Positions 28,838-38,432 of a stretch of 64,000 nucleotides of DNA are shown here, one piece after another. Where the stretch lies: positions 39,456-103,455 of the forward strand of contig CAXUHI010000012.1 of NCBI GenBank assembly GCA_964251045.1. The letters are read 5' to 3'. This stretch comes from an uncultured Terriglobus sp. (GTDB lineage Bacteria; Acidobacteriota; Terriglobia; Terriglobales; Acidobacteriaceae). Under the pieces are notes generated by a model. It saw nothing but the letters and a program-made list of their open reading frames with translations, was not told the DNA's origin and ran no database searches. Position 1 is the first letter of the stretch, and the number at the start of each line of letters is the position of its first letter. The translations under genes and the position numbers were made by a program.

Positions 28838-29198
28838 GGGAGAGCTCCTGGTGAGCGTAATGGGTAAGTGGATTGCTTAATGGGAGAGGATACCCGAAGA
28901 AATTCAAAAGGTAGCAAAATTCATGCGTCTTCTCGAAAAATATCCAGATTGGGACTGCTTTGCGAAAGTCGCGTCGCCCTGGCTAAGAACTCAGATAGTG
29001 TCCGGATAAAGGCAGAGTTAGCGATAACTCCTTCGCCAGGAGCGCGTTGTTTAGCCTGCGCAGCGGCCGATGTACCAGGTCTGCCTAGGCTGCGTAGATC
29101 CGGCCGGCGCTCGTTTTGCTCCGCGAATGACCTACCTGTGGTGCATCGTGGGCTCATAAAGCGCCTCGAGGCCTGGCCGATAAGGGATCTGGACGGGC

Positions 29199-31319
29199 GT
29201 GAGCGGTTCATCCGCCCTGGACCTTGAGGTAAGTGTGCGAATCAGTCTGTCTTGCATTTCGGCTGTGACCCCACTTTTGGCGGCGGGGCTGCTCCTGGGT
29301 TGTGGCTCGGGCGGAGATGCTTCGCGCACATCCGGAAGCGCCTCGACGGCAGGAACCGCCGCCGGATCAGGCAGTACCTCGGCGTCGGGTACAACTTCCG
29401 CCTCTGGCACCACTTCGACATCAGGTACTGCCACAACATCGGGCGCTACGTCCGCCTTGGGTACTACCACCCCTGCATCCGGCACCACAAAAGCCTCGGG
29501 TACGACTTCTGCATCCGGGACTACCACAGCGTCTGGATCTACCCCTGCAACAGGTATCACCACTGCTTCAGGCGCAACTTCTGCATCCGGCACCATATCC
29601 ACAACAGGTACACCGCCAACAGGGGGCGCTACCTCCGCGTCGGGAACCAGCCCTGCATCGGGTGCGACCTCAGCGTCAGGCACCGCTCCTGCAACGGGTA
29701 CGACCACCGCATCCGGCACAACTTCTGCCTCGGGCTCTACTTCGGCGACCGGTACCTCCTCAGCATCCAGCACGACGTCAACATCGAGTGCACCAGATAC
29801 GACCACTACGTCTGTGAGCGCTGCAGCACGGCTGTTGGATCAGGCCACATTCGGGCCTACGATCAACGACATTTCTCTTGTGCAGGCTGTCGGTATTTCG
29901 ACCTGGTTGCGGATACAGTACGCGACCCCACCGACGGTCCTGCCGATGTTGCCTGTACCCCTGCCGCAGGCATGCCCTGCGGACCCAACACCGTGCTTTG
30001 AATCCGAGTTCTGGCAGGCTGCACTGACCGCTCCCGACCAGTTGAGACAGCGCGTTGCGTTCACATTGAGCGAGATGTTTGTCACCAGCACTCAAAGCGT
30101 GAACGCCTATGTAATGGTGCCGTACTACAACGTGCTTCTGGCTGACTCCTTCAGCAACTGGCGCACCATTATGGAAGACGTGACAAGGTCGCCCGCTATG
30201 GGGATGTACCTGAACATGCTGGACAACGGAAAGCCGGCTGCCGGACAACATGCAAACGAGAACTTCGCGCGCGAGATGCTGCAGCTGTTCTCGATCGGCC
30301 TGGTCAAGTTAAATATCGATGGCACGCCGCAATTGGATGCGAGCGGTCACACCATTCCCAACTACACACAGGCGCAGGTCGAGGCGTTTGCGGACACCTA
30401 CACCGGCTGGACCTATGCGGCGACCGGCGGCCCTGACCCTTCTTCTGTCTTTCCGGCGCCAGTCGCGAACATCTATTACCCGCTCGCCGGTGTGGACACA
30501 GCACACGACACCACAGCAAAGACACTGCTGAACGGCAAGCTGTTGCCGGCGGGCGGAACGGCGCAGGGTGATCTGAAGATAGCCCTCGACAACATCTTTG
30601 CCGATCCATCGCTGCCGCCGTTCGTCTGCAAGCAGCTGATTCAGCACCTGGTCACAAGCACGCCCTCCACCGGCTACGTGCAGCGTGTCGCCACCGTGTT
30701 CATCGACAACGGCTCGGGTGTGCGAGGCGATATGAAGGCGGTACTCGCGGCGATTCTGACGGACAGCGAAGCCCGCGCGGGAGACACCAATCCCAGCTTT
30801 GACGGTGGACACCTGCGGGAGCCGATCCTTTACCTCGCGTCGGCTCTTCGCGCGCTGGGTTACGCCTCCACAAACACCGATACCGGCAACGCCTGGGCGT
30901 ATATGGGCCTCTCGACATATACAGGGGCTCTTGGCGAGCAGCCGATGCGTTCTCCAAGCGTGTTCAATTTCTATAGCGCGAACTATGTTGTTCCAGGAAC
31001 GCAGTTGAATGCTCCGGAGTTCTCTCTTGAGAACACAGCAACAGTGAACCTTCGCCTTACGCTTGCTGATGCGATCAGCAGCGGCAACCTGTATGCCTTC
31101 AGCGCGAACTTCGGCCCGACCGGCCTGCTTGGTCCCATTGCCGGCGACGCGGGGAACCTCGCGAATGTTATGAGCCTGCTGCTTATGCATGGGCAGATGC
31201 CTGCCAATATGCGAAGCACGATCGTCTCTACCATCACGCCGCTCACCGACAACAGCCAGCGTGTCAGTGTCGCAGCCTACCTCGTCCTGAGCAGTTCGCA
31301 ATATAAGATCATGCACTGA
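29199..31319 (+). CDS. DUF1800-family lipoprotein with a long Thr/Ser/Gly/Ala hexapeptide-repeat linker.
   Basis: Lipobox LLAAGLLLGC (alternative GTG start 29235), ~165-aa repeat linker, then a DUF1800-type body (LLDQATFGPT..., HANENFAREMLQLFSIG). Confidence 0.85.
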   Translation: MSGSSALDLEVSVRISLSCISAVTPLLAAGLLLGCGSGGDASRTSGSASTAGTAAGSGSTSASGTTSASGTTSTSGTATTSGATSALGTTTPASGTTKASGTTSASGTTTASGSTPATGITTASGATSASGTISTTGTPPTGGATSASGTSPASGATSASGTAPATGTTTASGTTSASGSTSATGTSSASSTTSTSSAPDTTTTSVSAAARLLDQATFGPTINDISLVQAVGISTWLRIQYATPPTVLPMLPVPLPQACPADPTPCFESEFWQAALTAPDQLRQRVAFTLSEMFVTSTQSVNAYVMVPYYNVLLADSFSNWRTIMEDVTRSPAMGMYLNMLDNGKPAAGQHANENFAREMLQLFSIGLVKLNIDGTPQLDASGHTIPNYTQAQVEAFADTYTGWTYAATGGPDPSSVFPAPVANIYYPLAGVDTAHDTTAKTLLNGKLLPAGGTAQGDLKIALDNIFADPSLPPFVCKQLIQHLVTSTPSTGYVQRVATVFIDNGSGVRGDMKAVLAAILTDSEARAGDTNPSFDGGHLREPILYLASALRALGYASTNTDTGNAWAYMGLSTYTGALGEQPMRSPSVFNFYSANYVVPGTQLNAPEFSLENTATVNLRLTLADAISSGNLYAFSANFGPTGLLGPIAGDAGNLANVMSLLLMHGQMPANMRSTIVSTITPLTDNSQRVSVAAYLVLSSSQYKIMH
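29316..29817 (+). repeat. About 25 imperfect 18-nt tandem repeats encoding [TS][TSP]ASGT hexapeptides.
   Basis: The protein reads TSASGTTSASGTTSTSGTATTSGATSALGT...TSATGTSSASSTTSTSS. The antisense 224-aa (VPDAEV)n ORF is its mirror artefact. Confidence 0.8.
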
Positions 31320-31396
31320 TTTCTTGGCACTTCCATTCACGAGCAGGTTGACTGCTGCATCACTACGACAAAGCCGGGAGGGGAGCGCCCGAATCG

Positions 31397-32773
31397 ATGA
31401 CATTCTTTCCTGATAGCAAACAGAGCCAGCCCAATCGCCGTTCCTTTCTGCGCTACGCGTCCCTCGCCGCCGCAGGCAATGTCGCAGGCCTGCGCCCCTT
31501 CGGCATGCTGAATGCGCTCGCCAGCCCAACCCCGGCGGATGACTACAAGGCGCTGGTATGCGTTTTCCTCTATGGCGGGAACGACGGCAACAACACGATC
31601 ATCCCCGTCGACACGCCCGGGTATGCCAACTACGCTGCCTTACGCGGGCCGCTTGCCCTGCAGCAGAATGGTCTGCTGACACTTGCCGGTCTGCCGCACT
31701 ACGCGCTTCACCCGAGCCTGCCTGAGATACAGGCACTCATGAACGGCGGCCATGCAGCGGTCGTTGCCAACGTTGGGACCTTGTTGCAACCGACCACACG
31801 CGCTTCGTACCTGGCGGGCAAAGTGTCCAGTCCATCGAATCTCTTTTCCCATCCTGACCAGCAGGACGAGTGGCAGAACGCCGGGGCAGACGGCAGCACC
31901 ACGACCGGTTGGGCGGGCCGGATCTCCGACGCGCTCAGTGCGAACTACAATCGCGGCGCAAGCATTCCCATGGTCACGAGCGTTGCCGGCGACACGCTGT
32001 TTTGCAATGGCAGCAGCACCATGCCGATGGCCGTGACGCCGGGAAATACCGCAGGCGCCGCTTGCACGGCGGGGAGTGCCTGTAACTCACGCTCCGCGGC
32101 GGCCCAGGCACTGCTGACCTTCAACAGCGGCTTGTCACTGGTCACCGCGGATGATGGCATTACCAGCAACGCTTACAAGTATGCCAAGACCCTGGCGGAC
32201 GCGACAGCCTCGGTGTCGCCGCTGTCGACCGTTTTCCCGGCCGGAAATGGCCTTGCGGCGCAGTTGCAGCAGGTCGCGTCCATGATCGCGGCGCGTTCCG
32301 CCCTGGGCTCGCAACGTCAGATCTTCTTCTGCGGCATCGGAAACTTCGACACGCATAGCACCCAGCTTGAAACCCAGGCACAACTGCTGCGCGGCATTTC
32401 TGCTGCAATCGGCAGCTTCTACCAGGCCACCCAGGAGCTGGGAGTTGCAAACAAGGTGACGACCTTCACCATGTCAGATTTCGCCCGGACGTTGCAGCCG
32501 AACAGCAACGGCGGCAGTGATCATGGATGGGGCTCGCACCACTTTGTCGTAGGGGGTTCCGTTGTCGGGAATCGGATGTATGGCACCTTCCCGACGCTGG
32601 CCCTGGGCGGCCCTGACGACAGCGGCAACTCGGGCCGCTGGATACCCTCGACGCCGAGCGTCCAGTATGCAGCGACGCTTGCGCAGTGGTTCGGTGTGCC
32701 GCCGTCACAGCTCACGACAGTGTTTCCGACGCTGTCGGGTTTCTCGTCGTCGAATCTGGCCTTCCTGGGGTGA
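31397..32773 (+). CDS. DUF1501-family (sulfatase/phosphatase-fold) protein with a Tat signal.
   Basis: NRRSFLRYASLAAAGNVAG leader. Blocks LVCVFLYGGNDGNNTIIP and SDHGWGSHHFVVGG. This is the usual partner of DUF1800. Confidence 0.9.
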   Translation: MTFFPDSKQSQPNRRSFLRYASLAAAGNVAGLRPFGMLNALASPTPADDYKALVCVFLYGGNDGNNTIIPVDTPGYANYAALRGPLALQQNGLLTLAGLPHYALHPSLPEIQALMNGGHAAVVANVGTLLQPTTRASYLAGKVSSPSNLFSHPDQQDEWQNAGADGSTTTGWAGRISDALSANYNRGASIPMVTSVAGDTLFCNGSSTMPMAVTPGNTAGAACTAGSACNSRSAAAQALLTFNSGLSLVTADDGITSNAYKYAKTLADATASVSPLSTVFPAGNGLAAQLQQVASMIAARSALGSQRQIFFCGIGNFDTHSTQLETQAQLLRGISAAIGSFYQATQELGVANKVTTFTMSDFARTLQPNSNGGSDHGWGSHHFVVGGSVVGNRMYGTFPTLALGGPDDSGNSGRWIPSTPSVQYAATLAQWFGVPPSQLTTVFPTLSGFSSSNLAFLG

Positions 32774-32980
32774 TATTGGTACGGCAGCAAAATTCGCCGG
32801 ATCACGAAGAAGCTGTGGTACCGTGGGTTTGCACCCGGAGCCGGGTGCATCTTACGTTCCTTTAGCGCACCGCAGGTGGACATCCAGTCACGGCGAAGGC
32901 CTCGCGGGTGTATATCTTCAGCATTCGCCGTTTTTCCTTCTGCAAACAATCTTCGGATCTTTACCCTGTGAGGATGGCCT

Positions 32981-34594
32981 GTGCTCGAATCAAATGAACT
33001 GGCACGCAAATATCGCGATCCAGATACCTTTGACGTACGCGGAACGGTTGACCGGTTCACCCTCGCGGCGCGGTACTACAAGGGCTTCATCCTGTCCGTT
33101 GCAGTTGGAATGGTGGTGCTCGCGGCGATTTATGTGTACGCCTGGCCGCCGATCTACAAAGTAGAAGCAACGCTCGTAGCAGAACGCGACTCGGACCCTG
33201 CTCGCGACGCCTTTTACACGCAGTGGAACATCTTCCGAAAAGATGATGCCCGTACAGAGATTGAGTTGATATCTTCCGCCGGCGTTCTCGCCGATGTAGT
33301 TCGGAACGAACACCTTACTTACGACGATGTTTACCACCCCATCACGGCGCAACTCACCTACTTCTGGGAAAAGTCCTGGATCGGGCGTCATTACAAGGCT
33401 ACAAAGGCTGCGATCTTCGGTTCCGACGATGAACTGCCGCCCGATCAGGTAATGCTTGGTAAGACGGTCGCCGACCTGGCCCAGAGCTTTACCGTCACGC
33501 CCATCGGCGATACCACGATGGGTAAGCTATCGCTAAAGGGACCCAATAAGAAGGTTACGCAGATAGCGAACGCGATTCTCGATACCTATCTTAAGCACCG
33601 CAGTCAGACGCATGTCGACGAGGCAATGCAGTCGTACGCGATCCTCGAGGACGCAGCGACGAAGGCACGAATGGATGTCAATGCGGCAGGCGCCAGACGT
33701 GTCGCATTTGCGAATGCGAATGGCCTCACTTTTGACTTCCAGCGGGAGACGCAGCAGGTGAAACAGCGTACCGACCTGGAGGGCTCCATGGCAGCAGAGC
33801 GCGCCAGGGCCGCCTCTCTGCAGTCCACGCTGACGCAGATCGATCAGCAGCTTGCAAAAGAGCCGGCCACCCGCACCATCACTCAGAACATGGAGATCAA
33901 CAGTGTTCGGGAAGCGGCGAAGATGAAGCGCCTTGAGACCGAGGCGGGATTGATCGCGGCGCGCGATAAATACAGAGAAGACTCACCCGAGGTGCAGTTG
34001 TTGCTTGGCGACCTGAAGACGCTGGACACGGTGATCGCCCGCTCAGACGAAAGAATTCAACGTGGCGAGACGGTGGGCCTCAACCAGGTTCAGCAGCAGC
34101 TGATCTCTAGCAGAAACACGACATCTGCGGAACTGCAAGGCTCTCTCGCCGCACTTGCGGCTATGGCAAAAACCGACGGGCAGCTTGGTGCATCGCTCCA
34201 CAACGTTCCAGGACGGCAGAACCAGCTGCGCGACTTGGACCAGGACCTTACGGCTGCGCAAGCAAAGTACCAGACGCTGATTACGAAGGCAGAAGAGGCG
34301 CAGGTGTCCATCGCGACCGCCCGTGCAGCGATGCCTAGCGTGCGCGTGGTGGACTACGCTGCCCCCGCTGGCGGAAAATACTGGCCTAAGACAAAGCTTC
34401 TGTATCCTGCTGTGTTTGTGCTGGGCCTTGTCGTCGGCCTGTTCGCTGCGGTGCTCAAGCTGTGGTTGCGTGGGCGTGTCCTTCGGCTCGACCTGGTACA
34501 GAGCGGCGTGCCGATCTACTCCACCGTCGGTGTACATACCGGGGTCTTTCCTCTTACGGTGCTCGCCCCCCGGACGCCCAAAGCTTTGGAATAA
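32981..34594 (+). CDS. Polysaccharide co-polymerase / chain-length determinant (GumC/Wzz, PCP family).
   Basis: N-terminal TM helix then PPIYKVEATLVAE (Wzz motif). A long coiled-coil periplasmic region and a C-terminal TM helix (LLYPAVFVLGLVVGLFAAVL). Confidence 0.85.
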   Translation: MLESNELARKYRDPDTFDVRGTVDRFTLAARYYKGFILSVAVGMVVLAAIYVYAWPPIYKVEATLVAERDSDPARDAFYTQWNIFRKDDARTEIELISSAGVLADVVRNEHLTYDDVYHPITAQLTYFWEKSWIGRHYKATKAAIFGSDDELPPDQVMLGKTVADLAQSFTVTPIGDTTMGKLSLKGPNKKVTQIANAILDTYLKHRSQTHVDEAMQSYAILEDAATKARMDVNAAGARRVAFANANGLTFDFQRETQQVKQRTDLEGSMAAERARAASLQSTLTQIDQQLAKEPATRTITQNMEINSVREAAKMKRLETEAGLIAARDKYREDSPEVQLLLGDLKTLDTVIARSDERIQRGETVGLNQVQQQLISSRNTTSAELQGSLAALAAMAKTDGQLGASLHNVPGRQNQLRDLDQDLTAAQAKYQTLITKAEEAQVSIATARAAMPSVRVVDYAAPAGGKYWPKTKLLYPAVFVLGLVVGLFAAVLKLWLRGRVLRLDLVQSGVPIYSTVGVHTGVFPLTVLAPRTPKALE

Positions 34595-34658
34595 ACTACT
34601 TAGATCGCTGGTGGGCCGGAGGCCCTGCAGTTCAAGTAAATTTCAGGAACGCGATCAC

Positions 34659-35324
34659 ATGGCAACTACGGATCCGACGCAATCACTTAGCTTGCGTTCG
34701 CAGGAAGCACCCGATCTTCTCGGTCGTAATGATGGCAGCCTGGCAGCTTACCGCCGGCTCGCATTGCAGTTACACCACGATCTCGGCCACGGCCCGACAT
34801 CGCGATCGGTGCTTGTGGTCAGCCCGGATGACGCGGGCACATGCGCGCGTGTTGCTGCAAACCTTGCATGCTGCATGGCAGAAGAGCTGGGTCGCGGTGT
34901 GCTGCTGGCGGACGCGACTCGTGAAGGCATGCTATCGTCTGCGCTTGCAGACGCGATTCCTCTCGGCCTGAACAACCTGCTCTCAGACACCAGTCTTGGA
35001 CTTGAGAAGCTGGTGCTGCCAACGTCTTTCGCGGATGTATCCTTTCTGCCGAGCGGAACGCGGAGCAAAGGCTACAGCCCCGAGAACAGCGACAGGCTGC
35101 TGCAGCAGGCGGCACTACGTTTCGACTTTGCCGTAGTTGCCGCCGGCGCCATTCTGAGCGATCCGTTTGCGCTTGCCAGCGCACCTTGCTATGGCGCGGT
35201 GCTGTTGCTGGTGGTTGAGAACGAGACGCCGACAAAACTGTTTGAAGAAGCAGGGCACTCCCTGAAGATGTGTGGAGTTGAACGACTCCACGTCACACTG
35301 GTCGAACGGCACGAGGTTGTCTAG
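34659..35324 (+). CDS. BY-kinase/MinD-fold protein with degenerate nucleotide-binding motifs (pseudo-kinase partner of the PCP).
   Basis: It has the position and layout of an EpsB/Wzc kinase domain. However, Walker A reads VLVVSPDDAGTCARVAANLA (no GK[ST]). The Walker B-like strand reads FDFAVVAAGA (no Asp). There is no C-terminal Tyr cluster. Confidence 0.6.
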   Translation: MATTDPTQSLSLRSQEAPDLLGRNDGSLAAYRRLALQLHHDLGHGPTSRSVLVVSPDDAGTCARVAANLACCMAEELGRGVLLADATREGMLSSALADAIPLGLNNLLSDTSLGLEKLVLPTSFADVSFLPSGTRSKGYSPENSDRLLQQAALRFDFAVVAAGAILSDPFALASAPCYGAVLLLVVENETPTKLFEEAGHSLKMCGVERLHVTLVERHEVV

Positions 35325-35337
35325 GGCAGACGGAAGC

Positions 35338-36879
35338 ATGGCCATGCATGCGATGCTGGATACAGGCGTTGCCGAACCTTGGAACAAGCGTGCCCAGACC
35401 ACGGCACTCGCCTTATCTCTGACCGCGTTACTATGCATCGTGATCGCGGGTACGGCGATCGTCAGCCTGAAGTTCGGCGCGCTGCTGGCCGCCCTGGCCG
35501 GCTACATCATCGCCTCGGCCCTATCGGGCAATCCCCGCCTGCTGGCCATCTGGGCCTTCTTCTTCACGGCGCCTTTCAATCTCAGCAAATACATCGGCCA
35601 CATCGACCTGGTAAGTGGCGAGATCGCCTATCGCATCGAGGTAAGCGACTTCTTCTTCGCCATCATGCTGTTCTACATTCTGCGAGAGGTAGTCACCGGG
35701 CGTAGAGCGGGTCTCAAGACGCCGAAGGTGCTGCTTTGGTGGGCTGCGATCTTTGCTATGGGTTGCGTGACTGCGCTCACGTTCCCGCGGCATAACCTGG
35801 TGGGACACGAGCTTGTCCGCATGCTGAAGATGTCGCTCGTGTTCATCGTCTTCTCGTCAGAGCTGCGGACCGTCACGCGCTTCCTGCATGTATGTGCCGC
35901 CATGCTGCTTGGGGCGCTGGTGCAGTCGCTTGTCGGTCTCGCGCAGTACGTGCATGGCAGCCCCCTCGGATATCCCGATCTTGGCGAGACCGCGGCGCGA
36001 ACAACCGAGATCCTGTCGCAGACCTCCGTCCAGGGCGAACAGGTGTACCGCGTCAGCGCGTTCATGCTGCACCCAAACATCTTCGGTTGCTTTTTGGCCG
36101 TTGTAGTGCCCTTTGCACTTGGTCTGCTGCTGGTAAAAACAAGCCGATACGGCAGGGTGTTTTGCCTTATCGTGCTCGCCGCCAGCGTCCCCGCGCTGAT
36201 CATCACGCAGTCGCGATCCAGCTGGCTGGGCTTCGTTGCGTCCTGTGCAACGGTCCTCCTGCTAAGTTTCTTTCATCGCCGAGTCAGCCGACTTTCAGTC
36301 TTCGCGGTTCCCGTACTGGCGCTCGTCTGTATCTCGATACTGGCGCCATTTTCCGGAAGCATCATCACTCGGCTGCTGCATAGCAAAGACGACGCAACGA
36401 TCGGCCGTGAGGCCTTCAAAGAAGATGCGAAGCGCATGATCGCGGCAAAGCCCATCTTCGGATTTGGCCTCAACACGTATACCGTCGCGGTGCAGCCGTA
36501 CATGCTCTTCTCAGTCGCTGCCTTCGAGGGTGGATTTCTCCCCCCCGTCCACAACATTTACCTGCTGTGGCTTGCTGAGACCGGCATTGTGGGATTCACC
36601 TGCCACGTCATGCTTTGGGGCACACTTTTTGTCCAGGCCTTATTCAATTTGCGTGTTCGAAACGACATGCTCTACATGGTGAACGCCTGTTGCATTGGCG
36701 GGTATATCGCGCTCCTGGTAGATGGCAATTTCAGCTTTGAATGGAGGATGACCACCGTTCACCGGACCTTCTGGGTCATGAGCGGCATGATCATGGCGAT
36801 CTCATACTGGCGCCTGCAGCATGAGGCTGGGCCGGACGCGGACCTGACTGAAGTGAAAGTCCTCGAAGGCGCATCATGA
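35338..36879 (+). CDS. O-antigen ligase/polymerase-family membrane protein (Wzy-like).
   Basis: At least 10 predicted TM helices. Wzy_C-type blocks ITQSRSSWLGF and HNIYLLWLAETGIVGF. Confidence 0.85.
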   Translation: MAMHAMLDTGVAEPWNKRAQTTALALSLTALLCIVIAGTAIVSLKFGALLAALAGYIIASALSGNPRLLAIWAFFFTAPFNLSKYIGHIDLVSGEIAYRIEVSDFFFAIMLFYILREVVTGRRAGLKTPKVLLWWAAIFAMGCVTALTFPRHNLVGHELVRMLKMSLVFIVFSSELRTVTRFLHVCAAMLLGALVQSLVGLAQYVHGSPLGYPDLGETAARTTEILSQTSVQGEQVYRVSAFMLHPNIFGCFLAVVVPFALGLLLVKTSRYGRVFCLIVLAASVPALIITQSRSSWLGFVASCATVLLLSFFHRRVSRLSVFAVPVLALVCISILAPFSGSIITRLLHSKDDATIGREAFKEDAKRMIAAKPIFGFGLNTYTVAVQPYMLFSVAAFEGGFLPPVHNIYLLWLAETGIVGFTCHVMLWGTLFVQALFNLRVRNDMLYMVNACCIGGYIALLVDGNFSFEWRMTTVHRTFWVMSGMIMAISYWRLQHEAGPDADLTEVKVLEGAS

Positions 36880-38372
36880 ATGAGTCGATAGCCGACACAG
36901 AACTTGCTGAAGCCCTTGATCCGCCGCAGTCTGGCCTGCTGGACGGCAACGTCAGCCGCAAGGTACTGAAAAATTCGGCTGCACAGCTGGTTGGCCGCTT
37001 CTCCGTAGCTCTAACCCGGTTTGTGATGGTTGCGGCAATTCTGCGCACGGGCGGCCGAACCCTATTCGCGCAATACTCCATCGTGCTGGGCATCCTCAGC
37101 CTGGGCGAATGGCTGGTCGACTTCGGCACCACCGACGCCTTTACCCGTGAGGTCTGCAGAGAGCCGGGTCGTTCGCGCCGGCTGCTGCGAGCGCTCAGCG
37201 CCGTGAAGGTGGTCCAGTTCCCCATTTGTCTGGTGGCATTGTTTTCCCTTCTAATCGCGTTTCGCTATCCGGCCGTCGTGGTGAAAGCGGGCATGGTTGG
37301 CGCACTGAGCCTCTTCTGGTTTGCAGGCGTTCTCGTCTACCGGGTTGCATTCCGGTCACAGATGCGAGTGGAACTGGATGTCTCTGCCGAGTTCCTGTCC
37401 GTGCTGGTACTGGTTCCATGTACCTTGCTGGTGTGCCGCTACCATCTCGGCCTGATTGCAATCTTCTGGGCCTACTTCCTGTCGAGGATCGTGTTCTTCG
37501 CATGTTGCGTGTGGGTCGACAGGGGCACGGTACCGCTCCTGCCCGACAAAGAGGCTTTCGAAAAAGTCTCGTGGGGAGCGCGCATCTCTTTCGCGATCGG
37601 TGTTGCCGGTTTTCTGGCAGTTGGTTACGAGACGACGGACATTCTGCTGCTTTCGCGCTTCGGGTCACTTACCGATGTCGCCGTCTATTCCGGCGCGCAG
37701 AAGCTGGTGACACCGGTGATGATGGCGATGGCTGCGGTCGCTTCCACCTTCTATCCTGTCTTCGCCAGTTACTGGCCGGCGGACCAGGACAAGTTCCGGC
37801 AGACCTGTCAACGCGCATTGGAATCCGTGCTGGTGCTTGCCGGTCTGTCGGTCGCTCCCCTGATCGCGGGTTCCGGTTTCTTTATGCGGCTGCTTGGGCC
37901 ACAGCTTGCAGACGGCGGCGAAGCGCTGAAGGGCATGGCGCTCCTTTGTTTCCTGAAGACCATCACCATCACACTGGGACCTATTCTCTACATCACCTTT
38001 GCGCAGCGCCAGCTCCTGAAGATGGTATCGGTAGCCCTGGTTCTGAAGGTCGTACTGATATCGCTGCTGGTACGAAGGTTTGGTTATGCGGCTGTTATCG
38101 GCATCAGCATCGGGCTCGAGATCGCGTTCGGCACGGTCACTGTCCTGATGATCCGCAGCTTCACCGGGTGGCGCGTACATTGGGCCAAACCGATCAAGGT
38201 GATGCTCACTCTCTCTGCTGTGATTGCCGTCACCACCCTGTTGAAGCTTCACGGCATCGCAGCGGCAGTCGTCGCCGCAATGCTCTACCTCGCCATCGTT
38301 CTGGCGGCAAGCATTGTCAAAGTGTCAGAGGTGAAGCAACTCCTCGCCAGGAACCCAGAGCCTGTCACTTAA
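36876..38372 (+). CDS. Oligosaccharide flippase (Wzx, MOP superfamily).
   Basis: VLKNSAAQLVGRFSVALTRFV N-terminus and about 12-14 TM helices. ATGA overlap with wzy. Confidence 0.85.
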   Translation: MNESIADTELAEALDPPQSGLLDGNVSRKVLKNSAAQLVGRFSVALTRFVMVAAILRTGGRTLFAQYSIVLGILSLGEWLVDFGTTDAFTREVCREPGRSRRLLRALSAVKVVQFPICLVALFSLLIAFRYPAVVVKAGMVGALSLFWFAGVLVYRVAFRSQMRVELDVSAEFLSVLVLVPCTLLVCRYHLGLIAIFWAYFLSRIVFFACCVWVDRGTVPLLPDKEAFEKVSWGARISFAIGVAGFLAVGYETTDILLLSRFGSLTDVAVYSGAQKLVTPVMMAMAAVASTFYPVFASYWPADQDKFRQTCQRALESVLVLAGLSVAPLIAGSGFFMRLLGPQLADGGEALKGMALLCFLKTITITLGPILYITFAQRQLLKMVSVALVLKVVLISLLVRRFGYAAVIGISIGLEIAFGTVTVLMIRSFTGWRVHWAKPIKVMLTLSAVIAVTTLLKLHGIAAAVVAAMLYLAIVLAASIVKVSEVKQLLARNPEPVT

Positions 38373-38432
38373 CGAGAGATATACAAAACAATGAGCAAAT
38401 CGTAATCTTCTCAGAAAGAGGGTGTCCTTTAC

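Noticed and set aside
29132-29806. 224-aa minus-strand (VPDAEV)n ORF.
   Set aside because: It is the mirror image of the 18-nt hexapeptide repeat array of the DUF1800 gene. It has no independent support.
31320-31396. TGGCAC-N5-TTCAC between the DUF1800 and DUF1501 genes, as a sigma-54 promoter.
   Set aside because: The -12 element does not match TTGC, and the two genes are a known co-transcribed pair.
30309-31529. 406-aa minus-strand ORF.
   Set aside because: It is antisense to the DUF1800 body, and its sequence is Arg-rich and junk-like.
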